Of a DNA stretch of 64,000 bases, positions 56,427 through 64,000 are shown one piece after another. The position numbers and the translations under genes are program-made. This DNA comes from a virus. The stretch is taken from the IMG/VR virus record IMGVR_UViG_3300008255_000003, positions 32,001-96,000 of that record. One strand, given 5' to 3'. Numbering within the stretch: the stretch's first letter is position 1; every line of letters starts with the position of its first letter. Below the pieces are notes generated by a model. That model saw nothing but the letters and a program-made list of their open reading frames with translations. It was not told where the DNA came from and did no database searches.

Positions 56427-57613
56427 TGGATACGGGTAAGGTCATTGATGTGTTGAGGCTCCTTGGATGCACCGACATTGACAGCCGCCCATCATCATCA
56501 GGATGGCTCAAAGCGAGCTGTCCTTTTGCTCGGTGGAATCATTCTGGAGGCACTGACTCAAGCCCTTCATTTGCCGTCAATGTCACTGGTGAGCGCGTAG
56601 GCTACTGCTGCTTCTCTTGCCATGAGAAGGGCGGCTCTCTAAGGGGTCTTACGAACAAGATTGCCAAGCGAACAGCCGTTCCTTGGGATGTCCAAATGCT
56701 TGTGCAGCAGATTGAGGGTAGCTACAGTCCAAAGCCGTTACAGTCAGACCCGGCCAAGGTTGGCTATGACATCAAGATGCCGATCTTTAGCTCTGCTGAT
56801 GAGTCTGATCTTTTCCAGCCGTCAATCTTTGGTGAGTCTGAACCTGCAACGGTTGCATGTCTTGAGGAGTCAGACCTTGCCAGTTATAGCAACACCATAC
56901 CTGATTACCTTGTAAGGCGTGGATTTGAGGTTGCTGAGCTTAAGCGCTGGGGCATCATGACTGATAGTTACAATCCAAGGTTTGAACGCGCGGTGTTTCC
57001 TGTAAGGGATGCTCAAGGCAGGCTTCTGGCCTACTCAAAGCGAGCGACATGGGATAAACCGATCTGTCAGAATTGCGGCTATTCATCACCGCCTGATGAG
57101 AAGTTGATGTTGATGACTCCCACGGACGCTAAGCGTGTGTCATGTAGGTGGGGTCAAAGACACTGCCCGTCATGCAACCGATGGGTTTGGCCTAAATATC
57201 AACATTCCAAGGGTTACAAGCGTAACAACTATCTCTACGGTGAGCATCTTATTGACCCTGCGCTTCGAGCGGGTGTATTGGTTGAGGGTAATCTTGATCC
57301 GATAAAGCTCAGTCAGTATGGCGTGAAGAACGCTGTGGCCAGTTTGGGGTCAATGCTTGGCACGGGTTGGGGCGACAAGTCTTCACCTGGCGAGCAACTT
57401 TGGAAGTTAAATCAGCACTTCGATCTAGTCTATGCCGTCGCTGATGGTGATGTGGCTGGTAAGGACTGGCTGTCAACGTTGACCAAATTTTTCGCCGGAA
57501 AACCACAGCTTTTGACTGTGATCCCGATAGAATTAGGTCGTGGTAAAGACCCTGGCGATTTGGAAAAACATGATGTAGATTATTTGTTCAGTGGAACGAA
57601 AGTTCTAAAATAA
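56426..57613 (+). CDS. dnaG: DNA primase (Zn finger plus TOPRIM) with an extra Zn ribbon
   Basis: SCPFARWNH...CFSC; VFPVRD; LVEGNLD; DGDVAG; KDPGD. Confidence 0.85.
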   Translation: MDTGKVIDVLRLLGCTDIDSRPSSSGWLKASCPFARWNHSGGTDSSPSFAVNVTGERVGYCCFSCHEKGGSLRGLTNKIAKRTAVPWDVQMLVQQIEGSYSPKPLQSDPAKVGYDIKMPIFSSADESDLFQPSIFGESEPATVACLEESDLASYSNTIPDYLVRRGFEVAELKRWGIMTDSYNPRFERAVFPVRDAQGRLLAYSKRATWDKPICQNCGYSSPPDEKLMLMTPTDAKRVSCRWGQRHCPSCNRWVWPKYQHSKGYKRNNYLYGEHLIDPALRAGVLVEGNLDPIKLSQYGVKNAVASLGSMLGTGWGDKSSPGEQLWKLNQHFDLVYAVADGDVAGKDWLSTLTKFFAGKPQLLTVIPIELGRGKDPGDLEKHDVDYLFSGTKVLK

Positions 57614-57676
57614 CTCAGGTGAGTTTTTGGAACAGAAAGGATGCGATATCAGCATCCCACAATGGAAAGGTGGACT

Positions 57677-58639
57677 ATGAGTTGGGTCAATCGCGAAGCC
57701 CCACCGTCTGTGAATACAGGCTTTGATCGCTGGGGTATCTGGTCTTGGTATATTGGCGGCAAAGACGCCAGGGTGCCCAAGAAGATCATGTTTGTGTCTG
57801 AAGAGCCCGTGCAGATCGAGATGCACAGCTTCAAGGCTGGCAAGTCATACGGCAAGATGACATGCCCAGTCAGGTATGGTGTGGATAAAGAGTGTCCGCT
57901 GTGCACCGATCCTGATAGCTCTCGCCAGGGGTCATATTACTGTTACACGGTGATTGATCTGGATGGCTATGAAAGGGATGGCGTTCACCAAATGAAGCTC
58001 ATGCCGTTCCTGGCCTACCAGAAGACGCGGGCGCTTATCGACCTTGAGGCCGCGAAGTTTAGCAAGCCCTCCATTCAAGGCGCAGTCTTTGAGGTTGTCA
58101 GGCTTGTTGATGGCAAGAAGGGTTCATCTCAAGGTGATGTCTGGAAATACCTTGGTCATGATGACGTCGCGCAGTTCTCGGCCAAGTATACTGAGAGCCT
58201 TAAGAGTAGCTTGTCATACTTCCCAGAAGAGTATGGCATGATTCATCCTAAGACGGGCGCACTGGTGGCCAGGCCGATTGATTTTACAAAGCTGCTTGAG
58301 CCTATGAAGGCGGAGCATATGCGTCAGTACCTCGCCATGAAGGGCTGGGTGTCACCAGACCAGCGCCGCCCACAAGCCCAGGCGTGGGGTCAGCCTCAGC
58401 CAGCTTATGGTCAGCCTGCCTACGCCCCACCCGCCTATGCTCAGCCAGCTTATGGTCAGCCTGCCTACGCCCCACCCGCCTATGCTCAGCCACAGGCACC
58501 TGCTTACGCCCAACAACAAGCCCCCACTTACGCCCCACCTCAAGCGCCACCTCATGCGCCTAATCACAATGCTGGTTATGGCCCTCCCAGCGCCCATCCT
58601 AGCAAGGTGGCGTTTGATGATGAGGACATTCCGTTCTAG
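57677..58639 (+). CDS. Single-stranded DNA-binding protein (gp32-like)
   Basis: TCP...ECPLC motif, low-complexity P/A/Y/Q linker, acidic tail DDEDIPF. Confidence 0.75.
   Translation: MSWVNREAPPSVNTGFDRWGIWSWYIGGKDARVPKKIMFVSEEPVQIEMHSFKAGKSYGKMTCPVRYGVDKECPLCTDPDSSRQGSYYCYTVIDLDGYERDGVHQMKLMPFLAYQKTRALIDLEAAKFSKPSIQGAVFEVVRLVDGKKGSSQGDVWKYLGHDDVAQFSAKYTESLKSSLSYFPEEYGMIHPKTGALVARPIDFTKLLEPMKAEHMRQYLAMKGWVSPDQRRPQAQAWGQPQPAYGQPAYAPPAYAQPAYGQPAYAPPAYAQPQAPAYAQQQAPTYAPPQAPPHAPNHNAGYGPPSAHPSKVAFDDEDIPF
58396..58492 (+). repeat. Perfect 45-bp tandem duplication in the SSB linker
   Basis: 58396-58440 equals 58441-58485, plus 7 nt; encodes QPAYGQPAYAPPAYA twice. Confidence 0.95.
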
Positions 58640-58663
58640 GGTTAAGCTCGCTGGCTAACGTAT

Positions 58664-58690
58664 GGGCCACCTTGTGAGGGTGGCCCTTTA
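58664..58690 (+). terminator. Intrinsic terminator
   Basis: GGGCCACC-TTGTGAG-GGTGGCCC then TTTT. Confidence 0.7.
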
Positions 58691-58717
58691 TCTTGGACTT
58701 TTAGACTAGGTATAACG

Positions 58718-59344
58718 ATGAGTTATCCAATTCATGATTGGTGGCCTGACGAGCATAAAGAGCGTGTCAAGGCTTACAATGAGGCAGTCGAGCGCAATAC
58801 AGCACTAGCTGACAATATCAGGATCAACCCTAACGTTGTCTATGCCCAGCACTCGCCTGAGATCAGGGCGTCAGGCAATATCCTTATCAGTCAAAAGAAC
58901 ATGCTGGCTGGCATTGAGACTGTTAGGCTTGGTTATGGTGTTGTGCTTAAGGTTGGTGATCGCGTCCAGTCTAGGCTAGGGATAAAGGCTGGTGATGTGC
59001 TCGTGTATAGCGCCATGTTCGGGATGAGATTCTTCGGCAGGTTCTCGTCATACAAGGGCCTTGGTTGGCATGAGCACGAGAGTGATGAGCATCGCATCTT
59101 CACCTGCTTTACTCGCAAAGAAGGTAAGAAGCTCCACATCTATGACGCCGAAGCTCTTGGGCTCTGGTCCTCCAGTAATGGCGAGACAGCCAAACTTAAG
59201 TCCCCCCTAGATCTTGGTGGTGTCATGTATCGCCAAGGTCAAGAGGTCTTGATCGTCGATGATCACTACCTGAACGGCAATAAGGTTATGGTTTCTTTGG
59301 ACGGCCAAAGTGCTTGGCTATCCAGAGAGGCCTTGGCGATCTAA
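58718..59344 (+). CDS. GroES/Cpn10-like co-chaperonin with extra domains
   Basis: GNILI...GVVLKVGD...GIKAGDVLVYSAMFG resembles Cpn10. Confidence 0.55.
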   Translation: MSYPIHDWWPDEHKERVKAYNEAVERNTALADNIRINPNVVYAQHSPEIRASGNILISQKNMLAGIETVRLGYGVVLKVGDRVQSRLGIKAGDVLVYSAMFGMRFFGRFSSYKGLGWHEHESDEHRIFTCFTRKEGKKLHIYDAEALGLWSSSNGETAKLKSPLDLGGVMYRQGQEVLIVDDHYLNGNKVMVSLDGQSAWLSREALAI

Positions 59345-59364
59345 CGCAACGCAAGTCCCCTTAG

Positions 59365-60684
59365 TTGGAGAATGAGATGCCCTTGAAAAGACTTAATAAG
59401 AGCACGCTCTATGGTGAGAGTTTGCATCCTGATGTGGCTGCAACGCTAGGTGCTAAGATGAGCCGTGCTTACGATCTCATGGCAAAATGGGATGACATTG
59501 TAGACAAGTCACCACCCGAGCCTTGGGATGTTAACGATCTGCCGCCTCCAGTTAAAAGCTTCGTGAGCACAAACCTTGGCAGCTATGGTCACGCATCTAT
59601 TGCTGAAATGGCGCATATCTTTGTGGCCGTTAATGACATCGGCTGGCCTGCTTCATGGTTGATGCTGGATACGCCGCTCTTTGTTGGCCAGGAGAACAGC
59701 TCGCGAGTTATCGATCAGACTAACTTGGGTTCCCAAGGTCCGTGTCGCTTTGCACCTCAGCAGGCCCTTGATCTTCATGATGAGTGGATGGAGCTTTACA
59801 ACTCCACTGAAGGCGCAGGCGTTAAAGGTGCTTATAAGTTTGATGACAGGCGCTTTGTCTTGCCAGGCACGGCTAAGACTGGCGTTGTGCTCGCAGGGAT
59901 GACAACTCGCGCAGCTTCGCGCCACCTCCAGCGACTGTCTGGTCTTGGGGGTTGGATTAAAGAGATGACTGCTGACTTTAAGGATGGCATCAAAGCCTGC
60001 GCCCCTAACGTGGCGGCAGCGCTAGACATCGACAAAGACCGTAACTCAAGCTCTTCATTCTTAAAGAATGGGCCAGGCATCATCACGGTGCGTCAGGATC
60101 GCATCAACGCCCCATGTGAGATTTACGACCGAGAGAGCCATACATATCTTGAGCACCTTGTGAGTATTGAGCTTAGGGATGATGATGGTTCTGATGAGCT
60201 TGACTACATCAGCGCTGGCGCTGACCACAGAAATGGCCGTGGTGACTATCTCGATGAGGCGTACCACCACGGACCAGACTTCAAGCTGAAGCAGATGTTG
60301 AGCGTGGGAACAGCTCGGGATGAGCATCGCCACCGCCCAATGATGCCCTATAAGCTTGATGTTGTGATCGATCGCCAAACCGATCTTCTCGCCAAGATCC
60401 CATACTGCCCGATAGAGATCCCTGACGACTTGTGGAGGCGTACTAGTGAGGCGTTCCATGACATCTATCGAAGCGGTGATAGATGGGGTGCGCTTTATGC
60501 CCTGCCCTTCTGTGCGATGCTCAACATGACCTCAGTGTCAAAGCTTCCAGACATCGTTTACAAGCTTGAGCTTAGGGCATACGCTAAGGGCGCTCACTGG
60601 GAGTATCGTGATCAGAACATGGCACTACTTGAGCAACTTAGGGAGATCTTATCGGATGAGTTCATAGAGCTTGAGCAGATCTAA
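59365..60684 (+). CDS. thyX: Flavin-dependent thymidylate synthase (long form)
   Basis: YGHASIAE, GQENSSR, RDEHRHR, LELRA. Confidence 0.8.
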   Translation: MENEMPLKRLNKSTLYGESLHPDVAATLGAKMSRAYDLMAKWDDIVDKSPPEPWDVNDLPPPVKSFVSTNLGSYGHASIAEMAHIFVAVNDIGWPASWLMLDTPLFVGQENSSRVIDQTNLGSQGPCRFAPQQALDLHDEWMELYNSTEGAGVKGAYKFDDRRFVLPGTAKTGVVLAGMTTRAASRHLQRLSGLGGWIKEMTADFKDGIKACAPNVAAALDIDKDRNSSSSFLKNGPGIITVRQDRINAPCEIYDRESHTYLEHLVSIELRDDDGSDELDYISAGADHRNGRGDYLDEAYHHGPDFKLKQMLSVGTARDEHRHRPMMPYKLDVVIDRQTDLLAKIPYCPIEIPDDLWRRTSEAFHDIYRSGDRWGALYALPFCAMLNMTSVSKLPDIVYKLELRAYAKGAHWEYRDQNMALLEQLREILSDEFIELEQI

Positions 60685-60708
60685 ACGTGCAACGGTTGCA
60701 TGTCATAC

Positions 60709-60738
60709 GCTGGAGGCTTACACCTCCAGCTTTTCTTT
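60709..60738 (+). terminator. Intrinsic terminator downstream of a palindrome, running into the next RBS
   Basis: GCTGGAGG-CTTACA-CCTCCAGC then TTTTCTTT GGAG. Confidence 0.7.
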
Positions 60739-60750
60739 GGAGCCTATGTC

Positions 60751-62325
60751 ATGACAGAAGACTTTAGACCATTTCTTAAAGAGGCTTGGGCACAACGTGT
60801 TGTTATAGATGGCATGGCGTGGATACCTCGCCACATCTTAAGCGACATAGCACTCGCGGCCATAAAAACCCAACTCACCGTGTCGATCAAGGTTAGAGAA
60901 GGTAGGAAGACGCGAACAAATAAGGTCGAGATGTATATCATCGAAGACTTCTGGGTTGGTGTCCCGAGGGCTTACTTTGAGCGCACATCGAGAAGCAAGC
61001 TCCCGGTTGAACACCTCGTGAGCGCTGCCGAGAGTGAGCGCATCAAGACTTGCGGCATTGAGCCTAGAGATGACATGCAGATCGACGCTGTAAATGTAAT
61101 TACGGAGAGGCTTAAATCCAGGGAGGTGACGCAAGTGATCATTTGCGCTGCCACTGGTGTTGGTAAGACTATCCTGAGCCTTGTGATTGCGAGCAAACTA
61201 GGTCTTAAGACGTTGATCGTGGCACCTCTAACCAACCTGCTTGACCAGTGGGAAACAAGGATAAGTAGCACGGTAAACGATGAAGACCCTAGCGCCCCTT
61301 GCGTTCTGCCAGACGCTAAGGTTGGTCGTTTTAGTGGTGACAGGCGCGAGTACGGCGCCAACTATGATGTTGTGCTTGCGACAACCCAGACGCTTTGTCG
61401 CTGTGATCCTTCTGACCCTATATTTCAGTGGCCAGGCCTCTTGATTGTTGATGAGGTTCACTTCATGGGTGCTGCCCAGTGGTGTACAATTAATCACCGA
61501 TTCAACGCGACAAAGCGCCTTGGTCTGACAGCTACACCAAGGCGCGCTGACGGGGGAGAGCGGCTGTTCTTTGAGCATCTTGGCGCGGTAGGTTGGCGCG
61601 GCGCTAAGCCTATGATGGGTTTGGATATACGAAGGATAGATACGGGCTGCGACTATAATGACAGCCTTATGATCAATAAGGTTGAGGGTATGATCTCAAG
61701 AGATCTTAACCGCTCAATCATTATAGCTGATGAGATATGCAAAGCCTTGGTTGCTGGCCGCAAGCCGCTTGTCCTATCAAAGCAGATCAATCACCTTGCC
61801 GTCATTTGCAGCATTGTATCTCACCGCCTCGGTGATGCTTACACCTATGGAACATGCTGCGGCAGGTGGCCTGTGAATCCGGTAGACGCCTCAAAGTATC
61901 ACCTTGATAAGAAGGCATGGCGTAAGCTTTATAAGAAGCGTGGTAAGTGGGCATTGCCTGAAGGTGCCAACCCTGATGACTATGACATCAAGTTGAATTC
62001 GGATGGTAATATTGAATCAATTGAGCCATCATATATAAAGATAACTAAGGAAGTGTTTGAAAGCTCCAAGTCTGACAGCATAATTTTTGCCACATATTCA
62101 ATGGTAGCTGTGGGCTTCGATGTCACGTCATTAGATACATTGTTTGTCACCATGCCCATGTCTGATATGGAGCAATCGGTGGGCCGCATCCTCAGAAAGA
62201 ACAAAGAAAAGATGAAACCGCTCGTCGTTCACTTTGTAGATAACTACAAGATGTCTTACATCTTCTGGGGTAAAGCTTCCAAAACTTATGACTTGCTAAG
62301 TGAGCTAGGATCGGGCGAAGATTAA
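60751..62325 (+). CDS. Superfamily 2 DNA helicase (UvsW/XPB-like)
   Basis: ATGVGKT, IVDEVH, GLTATPRRADG, VGFDV, QSVGRILR. Confidence 0.9.
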   Translation: MTEDFRPFLKEAWAQRVVIDGMAWIPRHILSDIALAAIKTQLTVSIKVREGRKTRTNKVEMYIIEDFWVGVPRAYFERTSRSKLPVEHLVSAAESERIKTCGIEPRDDMQIDAVNVITERLKSREVTQVIICAATGVGKTILSLVIASKLGLKTLIVAPLTNLLDQWETRISSTVNDEDPSAPCVLPDAKVGRFSGDRREYGANYDVVLATTQTLCRCDPSDPIFQWPGLLIVDEVHFMGAAQWCTINHRFNATKRLGLTATPRRADGGERLFFEHLGAVGWRGAKPMMGLDIRRIDTGCDYNDSLMINKVEGMISRDLNRSIIIADEICKALVAGRKPLVLSKQINHLAVICSIVSHRLGDAYTYGTCCGRWPVNPVDASKYHLDKKAWRKLYKKRGKWALPEGANPDDYDIKLNSDGNIESIEPSYIKITKEVFESSKSDSIIFATYSMVAVGFDVTSLDTLFVTMPMSDMEQSVGRILRKNKEKMKPLVVHFVDNYKMSYIFWGKASKTYDLLSELGSGED

Positions 62326-62369
62326 CTAACGACATGCAACGGTTGCATGTCTAACTTTGGAGATAGTGA

Positions 62370-63842
62370 ATGGCGACTAAGAAGGCTAAGAAGTCTGCTG
62401 ATAGCGTGACGCGACAAGAGCGTCACAGTGTCTTCCGTAACCAGGCACAGAAAGAGTTCGGCCCTCATTCCATCCAGCGCGCTAGCGAGGTTCGACCTAG
62501 GCGCTCGGTGTCTAGCGGGTCATGGCAGCTCGATAACTGCCTTGGTGGCGGCTTTACGCTTGGCACAATGAAGCTGCTATGGGGCTGGGAGCACTGTGGT
62601 AAAACGACGATAGCGCTCAAGGCTGCGTCTGAGATTCATCAGATCTGCTCGTCATGCCATACCTATATCAATGAGACACCGCTCTTCAATCCCCACGAGT
62701 TTACTGGTGACTGGGATACTGGCTACTGGTCGATCGAGAACCTTGATACTGATGCGAAGGCGGAGGCCGCGTATTGGAATCAGGGCAAACAGCAGTGCAT
62801 GGCTTGCGGCTCCCCATATCATAAAGAGGACAGGCCGTGCTCTCACTCTAGTGAGATGGGTGAAGATGACGATGAGATTGATGACTTCATCTGTGGTGAC
62901 TGTGGCACCGCTGCAATGGTTGTCGATCTCCATCCCGATGATGATTACTACTCTCCAATGCCAAGGTCTGGGAACACGGCATCATGCGAGTGTGGTAAGT
63001 GCGTTCCCACCATTGTGATGTGGGTTGATCTTGAGGGCAAAGGCGACGTGAAGTGGGCTGAGTCTCTTGGTGTCGATCTGGAGCGCCTGGATTATGTCAG
63101 GGCAAACTACACCGAGGCGGCATTTGACATTATCAAGGGCGCAATCAAGGGCGGTCTTGTTGATGCGATTATCGTTGACTCTTTAGCTGGAGCCACGCCA
63201 GCCGTAGAGCTTGAGAAGAGCTATGGCGAGAATACGATGGGCTTAGCAGCGCGCCTTGTTAATCGTATGACTCGCGAGATGCCTACGATCATCACTCAGT
63301 CTTATGAGGAGCATGGTATTGAGCCTACGGTCTTTCTGTTGAACCAGGTACGCAATAAGATCGGTGGATATGGCGGTCACACGCTCTATGGTGGTGAGGG
63401 TCAGAAGTTCGCCTGTGATCAGATCATTAAGCTTACCTCGGCAAAAGGTGAGATTGATGAGGTCGTTACTGGAGCTAAGACTCGCAACGAGAGCATAGGC
63501 TTAAGCTCCACCGTCGCGCTGAAGTTTATGATCGATAAGAACGGCAAGGCCCCGACTCGCAACATGTCTGGTCAATGCACACTCGTGACAGTGGACACGC
63601 ATGGGCTAAAGAAGGGCACCTTTGATGACATCGACCTTCTGACTAATGATGCGTCGAAGATGGGTATTATCTCTTCTGAGGACGGTTGGAAGATACAAGG
63701 CTGGCCAGTCAAGTATCGGATCAAAGCCGATCTTATGACTGAGCTTAGCAGCAACCGCGCGCTGAAAAGGTTGGTGCAAGGCATGATCTGCGACTCACTG
63801 ATGAGCAACTTCGATGAGATCACCAAGATGTTGTCGAGCTAG
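62370..63842 (+). CDS. recA: RecA/UvsX-like recombinase with a Cys-rich insertion
   Basis: SSGSWQLD..LGGG, GWEHCGKTT, VDLEG, IIVDSLA, LNQVR..IG, GGEGQKF. Confidence 0.88.
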   Translation: MATKKAKKSADSVTRQERHSVFRNQAQKEFGPHSIQRASEVRPRRSVSSGSWQLDNCLGGGFTLGTMKLLWGWEHCGKTTIALKAASEIHQICSSCHTYINETPLFNPHEFTGDWDTGYWSIENLDTDAKAEAAYWNQGKQQCMACGSPYHKEDRPCSHSSEMGEDDDEIDDFICGDCGTAAMVVDLHPDDDYYSPMPRSGNTASCECGKCVPTIVMWVDLEGKGDVKWAESLGVDLERLDYVRANYTEAAFDIIKGAIKGGLVDAIIVDSLAGATPAVELEKSYGENTMGLAARLVNRMTREMPTIITQSYEEHGIEPTVFLLNQVRNKIGGYGGHTLYGGEGQKFACDQIIKLTSAKGEIDEVVTGAKTRNESIGLSSTVALKFMIDKNGKAPTRNMSGQCTLVTVDTHGLKKGTFDDIDLLTNDASKMGIISSEDGWKIQGWPVKYRIKADLMTELSSNRALKRLVQGMICDSLMSNFDEITKMLSS

Positions 63843-63850
63843 TTAGATGT

Positions 63851-63883
63851 AGCAGGCCAGCCAATGAAGCTGGCCTGCTTTTT
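63851..63883 (+). terminator. Intrinsic terminator running into the next RBS
   Basis: AGCAGGCCAGC-N7-GCTGGCCTGCT, then TTT TGGAGG. Confidence 0.75.
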
Positions 63884-63893
63884 GGAGGTAGTT

Positions 63894-64000
63894 ATGAGGC
63901 ACGTTAAACCCGGCAAGTCGGCCAAGGGCGACAGCCCTATCGGTCGAAAGAAAAGCAGCGCCAAAGTGAGGCGATCTTTATCCATCAAGCAAGAGGATAG
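63894..64000 (+). CDS. 5' fragment of a basic protein, truncated by the window end
   Basis: TTGGAGG RBS, ATG at 63894, open to the end of the window. Confidence 0.55.
   Translation, partial: MRHVKPGKSAKGDSPIGRKKSSAKVRRSLSIKQED

Larger units (their letters stand above)
205..62347. repeat. Dispersed palindrome family TGCAAC(S)GTTGCA (extended consensus GACATGCAAC-S-GTTGCATGTC), at least 30 copies
   Basis: Read directly. Exact 13-mers start at 205, 1114, 3015, 6139, 9162, 11568, 12303, 15677, 17302, 21444, 23804, 28066, 32451, 33470, 38052, 41084, 42128, 45280, 47401, 55970, 56845, 60688, 62335. One-mismatch copies start at 13854, 15938, 20543, 26516, 29002, 35364, 52337. Confidence 0.97.

Noticed and set aside
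57173-57185. Additional palindrome copy in primase
   Set aside because: Only the TGCAAC half-site matches, and it is explained by Cys-Asn codons.
62646-62975. Intein in RecA (segment starts with Cys and has Asn-Thr near its end)
   Set aside because: Only about 110 aa, with no block A, block B (TxxH) or terminal HN motifs; the Cys pattern fits zinc binding. No inteins were seen in NrdJ or DnaB either.
1-64000. tRNA, rRNA, integrase or transposase genes
   Set aside because: No cloverleaf, rRNA-like or recombinase/transposase motifs were recognised by eye; a tRNAscan-SE/Infernal run would be needed to exclude them formally.

Overview
The window looks like a 64 kb segment of a large dsDNA bacteriophage genome. 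It is densely coding, mostly on the + strand, and rich in ORFans. I found no tRNA, rRNA, CRISPR array or transposase. Recognisable genes are a full-length RpoD-type sigma70, class II ribonucleotide reductase (nrdJ), an ASCH protein, a putative endolysin, holin and spanin-like protein, two SWIM zinc-finger proteins, an SNF2 helicase, and a replication/nucleotide cluster (DnaC-like loader, DnaB-like helicase, dCTP deaminase, primase, SSB, GroES-like protein, ThyX, SF2 helicase, RecA/UvsX). Three features stand out. (1) A 13-bp odd palindrome, TGCAAC(C/G)GTTGCA, occurs at least 30 times. It mostly sits just after stop codons and is often extended by site-specific complementary arms into terminator-like hairpins. 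(2) There are four paralogous proteins of about 480-525 aa, with a conserved N-terminal domain (possibly ADP-ribosyltransferase-like, with a leader resembling a T4 capsid-targeting sequence) and variable C-termini. Two of them carry a single in-frame stop at a conserved residue. (3) An approximately 880-bp non-coding region (11.5-12.4 kb) has a sharp C-to-G skew switch, CACCATA/TATGGTG motifs and a 21-bp tandem repeat, and is a candidate replication origin. All functional calls come from motif recognition by eye; no database searches were run.
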